Positions 47,433-58,319 are shown, counted from the first letter of the stretch. The stretch is 64,000 nucleotides of DNA from Alphaproteobacteria bacterium (GCA_017960645.1 JAGCYU010000001.1:10006-74005); one strand, 5' to 3'. Numbers and translations are program-made. The notes: a model not told the origin generated them from the sequence alone.

Positions 47433-48285
47433 ATTAGGTTTAGGAAAAGGCTTGAGCGCTTTAATGGGGGATGATTCTTTAGAAGAGGTCCAGTCATTGG
47501 TGGCAGATGGAACTCAAATCATGCAAATACTGATAGAAAATTTATTGCCAAGCCATTTTCAACCCAGACATATTTTTGATGACAGCGCTTTGAATGATCT
47601 GGCCGATTCTATTCGTGAAAAAGGGGTTTTACAACCTTTATTAGTGCGTCCGGCACCAAATCAAACGTCCAAATATGAAATTATTGCCGGTGAGCGTCGT
47701 TTTCGTGCTTCAAAAATGGCAGGATTAACACAACTGCCTGTTATTATTAAAGAATTTGATGATAAAGCCGCTCTTGAAATAGCTTTAATCGATAATTTAC
47801 AACGTGAAAATTTAAATCCTTTGGAAGAGGCAAAGGCCTATGTTCGTTTGATGAAAGAGTTTGATTATACACAAGAAGAATTGGCACGCGTTGTTGGGAA
47901 AAGTCGCAGCTATGTTGCCAATATGATGCGATTATTAGATTTGCCTCAACCAGTACAAAATATGTTGATTAAAAAAGAAATTACCATCGGACATGCGCGT
48001 TCTTTGTTGGGCGTTGAAAATGCAGAAAAAATTGCTAAAGAAATTGTGAAAAAAGGGCTAAGCGTTCGGCAAACAGAGGAACTAGTTAAAGAAAAGCCGT
48101 TGCCTGAAGTCAAAAGTATAGTAGAAAAAGATAAGGATGTGGCCTCTTTGGAAAAGGATTTATCCGAATTATTGGGATCCAAGGTTACTATCCATTGGAA
48201 TGGCAAAAAAGGAACCGTAGTCATTCATTATCAAAGCTTAGAAAAGTTGGATTTTATTTTACAAAAATTAACGCATACCACTTAA
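47425..48285 (+). CDS. parB: chromosome partitioning protein ParB
   Basis: GERRFRA ParB box and HTH region. Confidence 0.9.
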   Translation: MDKLGLGKGLSALMGDDSLEEVQSLVADGTQIMQILIENLLPSHFQPRHIFDDSALNDLADSIREKGVLQPLLVRPAPNQTSKYEIIAGERRFRASKMAGLTQLPVIIKEFDDKAALEIALIDNLQRENLNPLEEAKAYVRLMKEFDYTQEELARVVGKSRSYVANMMRLLDLPQPVQNMLIKKEITIGHARSLLGVENAEKIAKEIVKKGLSVRQTEELVKEKPLPEVKSIVEKDKDVASLEKDLSELLGSKVTIHWNGKKGTVVIHYQSLEKLDFILQKLTHTT

Positions 48286-49299
48286 TTTTTTAGCGAATTC
48301 AGATAGTTGTATAAAAGTATGTGCCATAATACATTCAGCAGGCATGTTTGTTTGACGCGTATTTTGTTCCAGGGCTTGTAATTTTTCCAAAACACTTAAA
48401 ATTTGGGGCGAAGTCCATTTTTGAGCCTGAGCCAACAAAGGGGCTTTTAATTTAAATTGATTTGGTTTTAAATTTTTGGTTAAAATCTTTTCTTGAATGT
48501 CTGAAAATCTTTTATTTTCAACAAGTTTTGCTAAAATCGTAAAATAGTTTGTGACAGACCAAAGCAAACTGGATAATTGAATGTTTTCTTGTTCAAAGGC
48601 TTGTAAAGCAGAATGAATTTTGTCGGTTTTTCCATTTGCTAGCATAACGCAAAAGTCATCTAAAGATGTTTCCTTTGAATCGGTAATAATTGCCTTAATA
48701 GCCTCTAAGGTAATATTTTTTTTATCTCCTAAATAAATCAATAACTTATTTATTTCTTGTTCAATAATACCGGCATGGGAAGTAAGTTTTTGAACTAAGG
48801 CATCCAAAACTGTTGTTGAAATAGTTTTATTTGCTTGTGTCAGCTGTGTTTGAATATTTGTTTTTAATTCTATTTCCGTTGGGGGATAGCATGCAAAAGC
48901 CAAAACAAAAGGGTTGCTTTCGGCTTCTTTTCTTAAAGCAGAAGTTTTGGATAAATTGCCGGCTTTTATTAGTAAAAGCGCATCTGTTTTGCGATGGTCT
49001 AAAAAATGAACCAAAGCGGTGTCTGAAAAAACAGCTTCTTCTTCAATTAAAATAATGCGTCTGCCGCCCATCAATGACACAGTATTGGCTTCATCCGTTG
49101 CAATAAAGGGATTCTTTTTGATTTGATCTGAGGTTAAACGGATGGTATTTAAATCGTCATTTTGGCAGCCAAGAAATTCTTTAAGTTTTTGAAATCCTTT
49201 ATTTATTTCACCTTCATCCGTGCCAAAAAAAATAAAACTTATATAGGGATTATCTATTTTACTGAACAGAGATTGCAATTGATAGATTTTTGCTTTCAC
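48268..49299 (-). CDS. holA: DNA polymerase III subunit delta
   Basis: 343 aa; clamp-loader delta-like N-terminal fold; lptE-holA arrangement. Confidence 0.65.
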   Translation of the reverse strand: MKAKIYQLQSLFSKIDNPYISFIFFGTDEGEINKGFQKLKEFLGCQNDDLNTIRLTSDQIKKNPFIATDEANTVSLMGGRRIILIEEEAVFSDTALVHFLDHRKTDALLLIKAGNLSKTSALRKEAESNPFVLAFACYPPTEIELKTNIQTQLTQANKTISTTVLDALVQKLTSHAGIIEQEINKLLIYLGDKKNITLEAIKAIITDSKETSLDDFCVMLANGKTDKIHSALQAFEQENIQLSSLLWSVTNYFTILAKLVENKRFSDIQEKILTKNLKPNQFKLKAPLLAQAQKWTSPQILSVLEKLQALEQNTRQTNMPAECIMAHTFIQLSEFAKKLSGMR

Positions 49300-49757
49300 T
49301 GCGTATCCTTTAATAAGAAGCTGGAAATATGAGTTTCAATCTGGCTTGCCAGGTTTTTCAAAACGTCTTGTTCTGTGGTTTCCCGAGCAACAACAGAAGC
49401 ATAAGGATCGTTGATAATTGATGTAGATCCGTTTGTTTTAGCTTTTGTATTTAAAAGAGTTTTATGTTTTGCATCCATTAAAGTATATTCTGCCGATACT
49501 TGAATCCGTTGCATTGTTGTAAAGGAATGATCGGAAATACCTAAATCTGAATATGAAAATTTCGGAGTTTGTACAGTCAATGTATAAGGGCAATCTTTTT
49601 TTCCAGTAAAGCGACTGGTAAGTATTTGATATAAAACGAATCCGCTATGTTCGGGAATAGAGGTAACGCAAACATCGGGTGTCGTTGTCGTGGAATAAAG
49701 CGGAGTAAAACCGCAACTTGCAACAAAAGTCAATCCAAATAAAAATAAAAATCTCAT
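49296..49757 (-). CDS. lptE: LPS-assembly lipoprotein LptE-like
   Basis: Lipoprotein signal (LTFVASCGF); position immediately upstream of holA as in many proteobacteria. Confidence 0.5.
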   Translation of the reverse strand: MRFLFLFGLTFVASCGFTPLYSTTTTPDVCVTSIPEHSGFVLYQILTSRFTGKKDCPYTLTVQTPKFSYSDLGISDHSFTTMQRIQVSAEYTLMDAKHKTLLNTKAKTNGSTSIINDPYASVVARETTEQDVLKNLASQIETHISSFLLKDTQ

Positions 49758-49851
49758 GGTATCACCTCGTTTATATTGATTATACTGTTTTTTTTTGTAA
49801 AAACAAGTAAAAAGAATCGTAAAATTTATAAAAATATGCTAAAATAAAAAT

Positions 49852-50691
49852 ATGAAGTTAAAAAAGATGATCGTTATCGGCGGACCGACGGCCAGTGGCA
49901 AAACCTCTTTAAGCATTCAAATAGCCAAAGATGTTCATGGACAGGTTGTGAATGCCGATGCTATTCAAGTTTACAAAGATTTGCAAATACTTTCGGCGCG
50001 TCCTTCCGAAGAAGAACAAGCCAAAATCCCCCACTATTTGTTTGGATATATGGACGCTTGGACAAAGTCCTCTGTTCAAGATTGGTTGCAAAAAGTGTCT
50101 GAAGTTTTGCCTGAATTAACTGCCCCAGTTTTTGTTGGAGGAACAGGTTTTTACTTGGATGCATTGGTAAATGGACTCAGCCCTATTCCAGATGTGCCAA
50201 CGGAAATTCGGGAAAAGGTGCGCGCAATGTCATTGGATGAAGTAAAAGCTTTGGTGAAAGAGGCGCAATTTTCGGATCCTCAACGTCTCAGGAGGGCTTT
50301 GGAAATTCAATTGTCAACAGGTAAGTCATTGATATATTTTCAAAATTTACCAAAAAAACACCTGGTCCAAGGGGATTTTCAGGTGATATATTTACTGCCC
50401 CCCAGGGAACAAGTCTATGCTCAATGTGAAAAAAGACTCATCACTATGTTGCAAGCAGGGATGATAGAGGAAGTTCAACATTTGCGTGATATACAAGCAA
50501 CAGGTGGTGTCATGCATGCAATCGGTGTGCCGGAAGTTTGTCGCATGTTGGACGGAGAAATAACAAAAAAGGAAATGATGCAGCAAATACTCCTATCTAC
50601 GCGGCATTATGCAAAAAGACAGATGACATGGTTTCGGCATCAAGGAAACCCAGACGTTATCTTAAAAAATCCTAAAATGCCCATAAAATAA
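49852..50691 (+). CDS. miaA: tRNA dimethylallyltransferase
   Basis: GPTASGKT P-loop and MiaA-like body. Confidence 0.85.
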   Translation: MKLKKMIVIGGPTASGKTSLSIQIAKDVHGQVVNADAIQVYKDLQILSARPSEEEQAKIPHYLFGYMDAWTKSSVQDWLQKVSEVLPELTAPVFVGGTGFYLDALVNGLSPIPDVPTEIREKVRAMSLDEVKALVKEAQFSDPQRLRRALEIQLSTGKSLIYFQNLPKKHLVQGDFQVIYLLPPREQVYAQCEKRLITMLQAGMIEEVQHLRDIQATGGVMHAIGVPEVCRMLDGEITKKEMMQQILLSTRHYAKRQMTWFRHQGNPDVILKNPKMPIK

Positions 50692-50854
50692 TGGAATTAT
50701 TTTGTAATTACATTTAAAAATATATAAAAATCATATTGTTATAGTTTTGGACTGTTTAGTTATTCTAAGAAAAAATATATGTAATTACTTTGTAATTTTT
50801 TATTGACACTGAAAAATAAATATGTTAAAGTCTTGATATAAAAAGGAGTAAAAA

Positions 50855-52150
50855 ATGAAGCATTTTAAGCCGGATGATCTTTGGTATGGAAAAGTATTTT
50901 TTTATTTATTTTCAATAAGTTGGCTCGTAATTTGTTTGTACGGTTTTATTTCGTTTGGTTGGTTAAAACAAGTATCAGATATGACTCCTATAGAATTCGT
51001 TATTCAATTTTGTTCTATTCTTTTTCCTGTTTTTGTTTTGTTTTTGCTGGGGGCGCATTGGGATAAATCCAGAAAGCTGGCGGTAGAGTCGCAAACAATA
51101 CGTCATTATTTAGAAGAGCTCATCTATCCGACGGATAAAGGAAAACAATATATAAATGAATTAACAACTGATTTAAAAGAACAAATTTCATTATTCCGGA
51201 AAGTTTTTTCTTCTATGTCCGAACAAACGGAAAGTTTGCGTAACGATTTATGCCAATGGATTGGGGATTTAAACACAATCATAGAACATGTGGATGGGGA
51301 AACATTACAATCTATTCAAAAAATTTCCCAAAATATGCAAACTTTGGCCGATACAACAGCTACGGCTAATGCACATGTGGTTGATAGTGTTCAAGCCTTG
51401 GCAACCAGCGCAGATATTTTAAATCAAGTAACTCATGAAACAGTAGAAAGTATCCAAAAAACGTCTGAAGTGTTGCAAATTGATACGGAAGAGATTCAAC
51501 AAACAGCTCATGCTGTTGTGCACGCTCAAACACAAATAGAAAGTGCCTTGGATAAATCTGGGAAATTGGTGTCTGTTTTAACGGATAACACCAAAAAAAT
51601 AGAACAAGTTGTTTATGAAGCAAACCAGTTTAAAGATTTCTTGCAGACAACGGATGCTCTGTCATTGCGTTTAAAAGAAATGTCCACCACTTTGGATATG
51701 CGGTTGCACAATATTCACTCTAAAATTGATGGTCAGTCAGAGCAACGTGCAGCGCCTCAAGATAAAAAAGAGTTGACATCTGATATGATGAAACAAATTC
51801 ATTTCATTATTGACCAATTATATAGCGCCTCAATTGAAGTATCTCAAGTCTTAAAATTAAAAGATGAAAATGCTTTATGGGATAAGTATTATGCCGGGGA
51901 TAAAGCGGTGTTTGTGCGGACATTAGGAGCTCAATTATCTGCCCAAAAACGGAAAAAAGTGATTGAACTATATCAAAATAATAAAAATTTCAAACAAGCA
52001 GTTCACAATTACAAGGATGCTTTTGAACATTTAAGCTTGAAAATTAAAGATTCAAAAGAAGATTCTATTTGGTTAGGGATCTTGGTTGGATCTGATATCG
52101 GCCGGCTGTATATGGTGATTTCGGATATTTTGAAAGGACAAATCAAATGA
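50855..52150 (+). CDS. hypothetical membrane protein: two N-terminal TM helices followed by about 330 aa of Gln/Thr-rich coiled coil
   Basis: Hydrophobic segments at aa 14-36 and 46-68; heptad-like repeats; its stop overlaps the start of the downstream mazE-like gene. Confidence 0.45.
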   Translation: MKHFKPDDLWYGKVFFYLFSISWLVICLYGFISFGWLKQVSDMTPIEFVIQFCSILFPVFVLFLLGAHWDKSRKLAVESQTIRHYLEELIYPTDKGKQYINELTTDLKEQISLFRKVFSSMSEQTESLRNDLCQWIGDLNTIIEHVDGETLQSIQKISQNMQTLADTTATANAHVVDSVQALATSADILNQVTHETVESIQKTSEVLQIDTEEIQQTAHAVVHAQTQIESALDKSGKLVSVLTDNTKKIEQVVYEANQFKDFLQTTDALSLRLKEMSTTLDMRLHNIHSKIDGQSEQRAAPQDKKELTSDMMKQIHFIIDQLYSASIEVSQVLKLKDENALWDKYYAGDKAVFVRTLGAQLSAQKRKKVIELYQNNKNFKQAVHNYKDAFEHLSLKIKDSKEDSIWLGILVGSDIGRLYMVISDILKGQIK

Positions 52151-52365
52151 TAGTTAAGTTAATCAAAATAGGTAATTCTTTGGGGATTCGTTTGCCAAAA
52201 GCAATTATTGAGGAATGTCACTTACAGCCAGAATTAACGCTGATTCCGAAAGAAAATGGCATAGAATTGAAATCTATTTCTATTCCCAGAGAAGGATGGA
52301 AAGATGCAATTCAAAATGATATAGAAGGGCGTCCTGTTGCGCCTTTAGGAGAATGGGAATGGTAA
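52147..52365 (+). CDS. mazE: MazE/AbrB-type antitoxin (SpoVT/AbrB swapped-hairpin domain)
   Basis: KIGNSLGIRLPKAII is the typical AbrB/MazE N-terminal motif; 72 aa; overlaps the downstream toxin gene. Confidence 0.6.
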   Translation: MIVKLIKIGNSLGIRLPKAIIEECHLQPELTLIPKENGIELKSISIPREGWKDAIQNDIEGRPVAPLGEWEW

Positions 52366-52658
52366 GAAAGTTTGATGTATATTTGTGTGAATCTCATGGG
52401 GCGGATAAACCTTGTGTTATTTTGACACCGGATGATTTATGTGAGGCTTTGCCTTATATTCTAATTGCACCTATTACTGTCTTTAAAAGGAATTTTCCCT
52501 GTCGTTTAGGGGTTAAATTAAAGGGGCAACAAGCCCAAATTGCGCTGGATTTAATTCATACAGTCCCAAAGTCGGACTTGGGCGGTCGTATCGGTTCATT
52601 ACCAGAACCAATGCAAGAGATGCTTTTGGATATGTTGAATGAAATTTTAATTAAGTAA
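52353..52658 (+). CDS. mazF: PemK/MazF-family endoribonuclease toxin
   Basis: 101 aa; RKFDVYLCESHGADKPCVILTPDDLCE and the later IALDLIHTVPK match the PemK/MazF fold pattern. Confidence 0.7.
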   Translation: MGMVRKFDVYLCESHGADKPCVILTPDDLCEALPYILIAPITVFKRNFPCRLGVKLKGQQAQIALDLIHTVPKSDLGGRIGSLPEPMQEMLLDMLNEILIK

Positions 52659-54065
52659 TTATAAATTAACAGGCAAGTAAATAGAAAAAGTCGTTCCTTC
52701 TTTTTCTGAGCTGGTCACATCAATAAAGCCATCATGGCGTTGAACAATCTGTTGAGCGATGCCTAGCCCAAGTCCTGTCCCTTCAACAGGGTTTGCTTTG
52801 TTGGTGTTCACACGGTAAAACTTGTCAAACAACCGCTGTAAATCATCAGCAGCAATAACAGGTCCCGTGTTTTGAACTGAAATCTGGATAAATTGAGGCA
52901 AATCCTGATGCGTTTTTGTATAGGCTTCGGGTAGTATTGTTGCAAACTGAGCCGTCAGCTGAATTGTAGAATCTTTTTCACCATATTTAATGGCATTATC
53001 CACAAGGTTTTGAATCGCATGGTACAATTCTTTGCGGTTGCCGATTAAGCGTGGTAAATCATCCAAAAGCGTCAGCGTTAATTTTTTATGCGCTTTTTGG
53101 GCGCGTACTTGAAAGTCTTCAAGAATCAATTGCAGTAAATCAGGAATCATAACGGCTTCAGGCTTCATTGGTTTTGGTGTTATTTGCAGTTTTGAAAGTT
53201 GTAGCATATTTTGCACTAAATCAGTCATGCGAACAGTTTGTTCAGCCATCATTTTTAAAAATTTTTCTTGTGCAACCATATCGTTTTTGGCGGGGCCTTG
53301 TAACGTCTCTATAAAACCAGAAATAATAGCTAGAGGTGTTTTGAGTTCGTGGCTGGCATTCGCAAAAAAGTCAGCTTGTTGTTGTTTTAATTGATGAAAC
53401 AATGTAATGTCATATAAAGAAATGACGGTTACAGCACCGGCTCTGGTTGAAGCTGGTAAAGATTCAATTTTAACTTGAAAATTATATGTTTTGCCATCGG
53501 GTCCTTGGTTTTCCCATTCAATAGATTGCCACGGGGATTTTTTATGTAAAACAAGATAATAAGCGCTTAAAATTTCTCCTTCTTTCAACAGATTAGTAAT
53601 GTCTTTATTTAAAATTGTTTTGCCAAAAAAGGAACGCGCGGCTTTGTTGGCAAAAACGATTTTAGAATTGGGATCAATCATTAAAAGAGGATTGGGCAAG
53701 TTTTCCAAAACACTGGCATCGGATAAAAATTGGTTTGACCAGATATTTTTAAGATTAAGGAAGGTTTTGGTTAACCTCATGGACGAGAAAAAGCCCCATC
53801 TTAGTTTTGGTTGTTCAGGTTCAACCCCTTGGATTAACTGTTTTAAATACAAAATAAAGTTGTCTAAATCTTTAAAGACAGCCCAAACAATTGTGCCGCT
53901 GATAAACCAAACACCTAAAAGGGATAATAATGCTGTCAGCCATGAAATTTTCCCCAAGATAAGGCATAATAACAGCACTAAAGCAACGGGAATATTCAGG
54001 ATTAAAACCCGTCCGCTCATTTTTAAAATACGTAAAAAAGCATTTAATTCTTTCTTTTTTGCCAT
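52659..54065 (-). CDS. sensor histidine kinase (PAS domain, HisKA, HATPase_c), PhoR-like
   Basis: Two TM segments, a PAS-like region, H-box FFANASHELKTPL, G1/G2 boxes (GTGLGLGIAQQIV); start at MAKKKEL. Confidence 0.8.
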   Translation of the reverse strand: MAKKKELNAFLRILKMSGRVLILNIPVALVLLLCLILGKISWLTALLSLLGVWFISGTIVWAVFKDLDNFILYLKQLIQGVEPEQPKLRWGFFSSMRLTKTFLNLKNIWSNQFLSDASVLENLPNPLLMIDPNSKIVFANKAARSFFGKTILNKDITNLLKEGEILSAYYLVLHKKSPWQSIEWENQGPDGKTYNFQVKIESLPASTRAGAVTVISLYDITLFHQLKQQQADFFANASHELKTPLAIISGFIETLQGPAKNDMVAQEKFLKMMAEQTVRMTDLVQNMLQLSKLQITPKPMKPEAVMIPDLLQLILEDFQVRAQKAHKKLTLTLLDDLPRLIGNRKELYHAIQNLVDNAIKYGEKDSTIQLTAQFATILPEAYTKTHQDLPQFIQISVQNTGPVIAADDLQRLFDKFYRVNTNKANPVEGTGLGLGIAQQIVQRHDGFIDVTSSEKEGTTFSIYLPVNL

Positions 54066-54066
54066 A

Positions 54067-54084
54067 AATAGAGTATACTCTATT
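54067..54084. promoter_or_regulatory. perfect 18-bp palindrome in the 42-bp divergent intergenic region between the histidine kinase gene and mutS
   Basis: AATAGAGTATACTCTATT is its own reverse complement; candidate dimeric-regulator operator. Confidence 0.4.
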
Positions 54085-54107
54085 CTTAAGTAAAATGAAA
54101 GGTAAAA

Positions 54108-56705
54108 ATGGCGGATAATAACGTAACGCCTATGATGCAGCAGTATTTGGCTGTAAAAGAACAATATCAAGATTGTTTATTGTTTTATCGTATGGGCGAT
54201 TTTTACGAGTTGTTTTTTGATGATGCAAAAAAAGCGTCTCAGGCCTTGGATTTGGTTTTAACAACACGTGGACACCACTTGGGCGAAAATATCCCCATGT
54301 GTGGCGTGCCATTTCATGCTTATGAAAATTACTTGGTTCGGTTGGTTAAAGCCGGCTATAAAGTGGCTATTTGTGAACAGATGGAAAATCCCGCTGAGGC
54401 TAAAAAAAGAGGATCGGCAGCCATTGTAAAACGGGATGTGATTCGTGTAGTTACGGCCGGAACTTTAACAGAGGACACTTTATTAAATGCGCGCCGAAAC
54501 AATTATTTGGCTTGTGTTGTTATGGGGGCAAACGGATGTGGTGTGGCATGGGTAGACATGTCCACGGGCAGTTTTTATGTCCAAGAGACGACGCTGTTGC
54601 ATTTGCCTTCTGTGTTGGCCAGAATAGAAGCATCGGAAGTTTTGGTTGAAGAAGAATTTGAATCAAAATATCCTCATTTTTGGGATAGTTCTTTTGGCCA
54701 GTTGGCAGAGCGTCCCGCAGAATTATTTTCAATCCTGCGGCATCAAGAGATTGTTGATAAATATCCCGCATTTTCCAAAAAAGAACAAATAGCAATCGGT
54801 GTTTTGTTGGGATATTTGGAAGAAACACAAAAAGGTAGTATGCCTGTATTGATGGCGCCACAAAAAGTGAATGAAAACAGCGTGATGGAAATTGATGGTG
54901 CCACGCGGCGCAGTTTGGAATTAACAACATCTTTATCCGATGAGCATGGCGCGAAAAGCTTGTTGCATGTCATCGATGCCACTTTAACTGGGGCGGGGGC
55001 TAGGTTGCTTGCTTCATATTTGGCTTCTCCGTTAACAAACTTGGATGAAATTAATGGTCGGTTGGATCGTGTGCAGTATTTTGTGGATCATGCTTTGATT
55101 TTAGATCAAGTGCGAGAGTTGTTCAAAAGTATTCCGGATATAGAACGTTCTCTTTCACGTTTATCTTTGGGGCGCGGTAGTCCGAAAGATATGTGGGCGA
55201 TCGTTCATGGATTGGAAAAAATACCTGCCTTAAGAAATATGTTACAAGACACCCCTTTTGCTTTGGAAGATTGTAAGATTCGTTTAGGCAATCATTCGGG
55301 ACTATGTGACGATATTGGATCGGCGCTATTGCCGGAAGAAGAATGCCCTACTTTTACCAGAGAGGGTGGTTTTATACGGGCAGAAGCCTCAGCCGAGTTG
55401 GCAGATATTTTGAATACAAAAGAAAATGCTAAACGTATTATTATGGATTTGCAACACAAGTATATCCAAGAAACAGGCATATCTAATTTAAAAATTACGT
55501 TTAATAATTTGGTGGGCTATTACATTGAGGTGCCTGCCAAGCAAGCCGAACCGTTATTGATGGAAAAAGATCGTGGCTATATTCATCGTCAAACATTGGC
55601 GAATTCGGTACGTTTTACGACGGCAGAATTGTCTGATTGGGCGTCTAAAATTATCCATGCGGACGAGCGTGCTCTTGCCATGGAATTACAGCTGTTTGAA
55701 CAATTGCGCGCCCAAATTTTAGCCAATAGCGAAAGCATTTTGGCGTCATCGTTAGCCTTAGCTGAAATAGACGTGGCTTTGTCCGGTGCGACACTTAGTT
55801 TGGAAAACAATTGGACGCGTCCTGTTTTGACAGAGGACTTGGATTTTCATATAGTGAATGGGCGCCATCCTGTTGTAGAAGAGGCTTTAAAAAAAGAAAA
55901 GCAAGCCTTTATCCCCAACGATTGTGTAATGGATGATGGACAAACATTGTGGTTGTTAACAGGACCTAACATGGCGGGTAAAAGTACATTTTTACGTCAA
56001 AATGCTTTGATTGCAATTATGGCACAGATAGGTTATTTTGTGCCTGCAGATTCGGCAAAGATAGGTTTGATTGATCGCATTTTTTCGCGGGTTGGTGCCA
56101 GTGATGATTTAGCCAGAGGCAGATCCACTTTTATGGTGGAAATGGTGGAAGTGGCGACTATTTTGAAAAATGCTACTGATCGATCTTTGGTGATTTTAGA
56201 TGAAGTTGGGCGTGGAACAGCTACATTTGATGGACTTTCTATTGCATGGGCAACAGTGGAATATTTGCACAATGTGGTTCGTTCGCGTGCTTTATTTGCC
56301 ACACACTATCATGAATTAACGGGTTTGGCAGGACGTTTAAATCACTTGGTGCTTTACACTATGAAAATTAAAGAGTGGCAAGGGGATATTGTCTTTTTGC
56401 ATGAAGTTGCCGCAGGGGCTGTGGATAGATCTTATGGTGTACATGTTGCAAAATTGGCGGGCGTTCCCCAAGTTGTATTAGATAGAGCCTCAACCATTTT
56501 AGATCAATTGGAAGCAAAAAAACGTGAACAAAAGCCATTATTTGACGATTTACCATTGTTTAGCGCTTTGGAACAAGAAAAAAAGCCAAGTCAAGAATCG
56601 TCTGAATTGGAAAAACAAATTAAACAGTTGGATGTTGATGCGCTTTCTCCCAAGGAAGCTTTGGAATTTTTGTATCAATTAAAACAAAAGGTGGAGGACG
56701 CATGA
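54108..56705 (+). CDS. mutS: DNA mismatch repair protein MutS
   Basis: 865 aa; GPNMAGKST Walker A; mismatch-binding N-terminus with FYELF motif. Confidence 0.95.
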   Translation: MADNNVTPMMQQYLAVKEQYQDCLLFYRMGDFYELFFDDAKKASQALDLVLTTRGHHLGENIPMCGVPFHAYENYLVRLVKAGYKVAICEQMENPAEAKKRGSAAIVKRDVIRVVTAGTLTEDTLLNARRNNYLACVVMGANGCGVAWVDMSTGSFYVQETTLLHLPSVLARIEASEVLVEEEFESKYPHFWDSSFGQLAERPAELFSILRHQEIVDKYPAFSKKEQIAIGVLLGYLEETQKGSMPVLMAPQKVNENSVMEIDGATRRSLELTTSLSDEHGAKSLLHVIDATLTGAGARLLASYLASPLTNLDEINGRLDRVQYFVDHALILDQVRELFKSIPDIERSLSRLSLGRGSPKDMWAIVHGLEKIPALRNMLQDTPFALEDCKIRLGNHSGLCDDIGSALLPEEECPTFTREGGFIRAEASAELADILNTKENAKRIIMDLQHKYIQETGISNLKITFNNLVGYYIEVPAKQAEPLLMEKDRGYIHRQTLANSVRFTTAELSDWASKIIHADERALAMELQLFEQLRAQILANSESILASSLALAEIDVALSGATLSLENNWTRPVLTEDLDFHIVNGRHPVVEEALKKEKQAFIPNDCVMDDGQTLWLLTGPNMAGKSTFLRQNALIAIMAQIGYFVPADSAKIGLIDRIFSRVGASDDLARGRSTFMVEMVEVATILKNATDRSLVILDEVGRGTATFDGLSIAWATVEYLHNVVRSRALFATHYHELTGLAGRLNHLVLYTMKIKEWQGDIVFLHEVAAGAVDRSYGVHVAKLAGVPQVVLDRASTILDQLEAKKREQKPLFDDLPLFSALEQEKKPSQESSELEKQIKQLDVDALSPKEALEFLYQLKQKVEDA

Positions 56706-56941
56706 AAGGGTATTATATAGCTTATGCGCTGATGATGGTGATATTAATGGGTATTTTTGTTACTTATTTGGCACTCCCAATTTTAATTGTATCCGGCATT
56801 TATTTGATCTATGTTGTAATCAAAAAATGGTTTTTCTTAAATAAATTACGTCAAGCAATATATCAAAATTATGCTGAAGAAACAGAAGATGTTTCATCGG
56901 CTGGCAAGATCATTGATGTTGAATTTCATGAAGTAAAATAA
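56702..56941 (+). CDS. small membrane protein (2 predicted TM segments)
   Basis: 79 aa, hydrophobic; ATGA overlap with the mutS stop. Confidence 0.35.
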   Translation: MKGYYIAYALMMVILMGIFVTYLALPILIVSGIYLIYVVIKKWFFLNKLRQAIYQNYAEETEDVSSAGKIIDVEFHEVK

Positions 56942-57059
56942 TCCCGTGTTTTCAATGAAAAGCATAGATAAAACATGACAGTTTTATGACAAAGTTCTTG
57001 ACATATAAAATAATGTGTAATAAAATGCCGAAGTTACTAACTTAAACAAAGGTAAAAAA

Positions 57060-58298
57060 ATGAAAAAAATTATAAAACTTATGGCTTTTGCGGGCGCTTT
57101 TATGGCATCTTTTCATGCACAAGCTGGTGGTTATCAATTGAACGATTATTCCGTAACTGGTTTAGGTCGTTCCTATGCGGGACAAGGAATTATGGGGGAT
57201 GATTATTCTGCAATCGCTTACAACCCTGCTGGTATGACGTTGATGAAACAATCTGGTGTTCAACAAAACTTTTCTTTTATCAATTTAAAAGCAGATGTAG
57301 ATGGTTTAGGCGATTATGCTGGTGAGCATAAAAAGATGAATTTTTGGCAACCGATTCCATCCGGTTTTGCACAATATAATGTTAACGATCGGTTGATGTT
57401 GGGTTTGGGTATTTATGCACCGTTTGGATTAAAAACACAATATAAGGCCAATTGGTTTGCTTCTGATGCGGCTATTTTGTCTAAATTAGATATCGTTGAT
57501 TTTAATGCTTCAACAGCGTATAAAGTGACGGACAAATGGTCTGTGGGTATTAGTTTGATTGCGCGGTATATCTATGGTCGTATGACACAAACAAAACAAA
57601 TAAATTATCCAGGGGTTCCTGTCCCACTTAACGGGGAAGTAAACTTTAATGTGCATGGTTGGACACAAACAGGTGCATTGGGTGTTATGTATGAACCGAC
57701 AAAAGATACGCGTTTTGGTTTCTCCTATCGTTTGCGTTCTGCTCAAAGAGCAAAAGGCCATATGAAAGTTTATATCCCTGCGGCACAAAAAGGAATGGCG
57801 GGGCACGTTTGGGCCAATCCAGATTTGCCGGAAACATTCACGTTTTCTGCTTATCACCGCTATAAAAAAGTGGGATTTTCTGGAACAGCAAGATGGACAC
57901 ATTGGACATCTTCTTTCCCAAACTTTACTGTACGTAGTGATATAGCCGAGGATGCAAAAACGTATTATCGTTATCAAAATACATGGACGTTAACGGGAGG
58001 TGTGGATTATTACTACTGCAAAAATTTAACACTTCGTTTCGGCGGTGGTTGGGATGAAAGTCCTACACATAAAGCCGAAAGACGTACCATTCGTATTCCG
58101 GATAACGACCGTTTCTGGATGAGTGTGGGCGCCAGTTACATGAAAAATAATTGGCAAATTGATGTGGGATACGCTCATATGATTGCTCGTTCAGGATTGG
58201 CATTAGGTAAGCCAACATCAGACCCAAATGAAATTCCTGTTAAATACAAGAATATGCAATCTCATATTTTGGGTGTGCAATTCCAATATAAGTTCTAA
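57060..58298 (+). CDS. outer-membrane transport protein, FadL/OmpP1/TodX family
   Basis: Signal peptide; GGYQLNDYSVTGLGRSYAG N-terminal hatch motif; C-terminal aromatic residue. Confidence 0.8.
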   Translation: MKKIIKLMAFAGAFMASFHAQAGGYQLNDYSVTGLGRSYAGQGIMGDDYSAIAYNPAGMTLMKQSGVQQNFSFINLKADVDGLGDYAGEHKKMNFWQPIPSGFAQYNVNDRLMLGLGIYAPFGLKTQYKANWFASDAAILSKLDIVDFNASTAYKVTDKWSVGISLIARYIYGRMTQTKQINYPGVPVPLNGEVNFNVHGWTQTGALGVMYEPTKDTRFGFSYRLRSAQRAKGHMKVYIPAAQKGMAGHVWANPDLPETFTFSAYHRYKKVGFSGTARWTHWTSSFPNFTVRSDIAEDAKTYYRYQNTWTLTGGVDYYYCKNLTLRFGGGWDESPTHKAERRTIRIPDNDRFWMSVGASYMKNNWQIDVGYAHMIARSGLALGKPTSDPNEIPVKYKNMQSHILGVQFQYKF

Positions 58299-58319
58299 TT
58301 TAAAAGGAACAATTTAATT

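Noticed and set aside
57510-57977. 155-aa Cys/His-rich ORF antisense inside the fadL-like gene
   Set aside because: Embedded in a well-supported outer-membrane protein gene; likely spurious.
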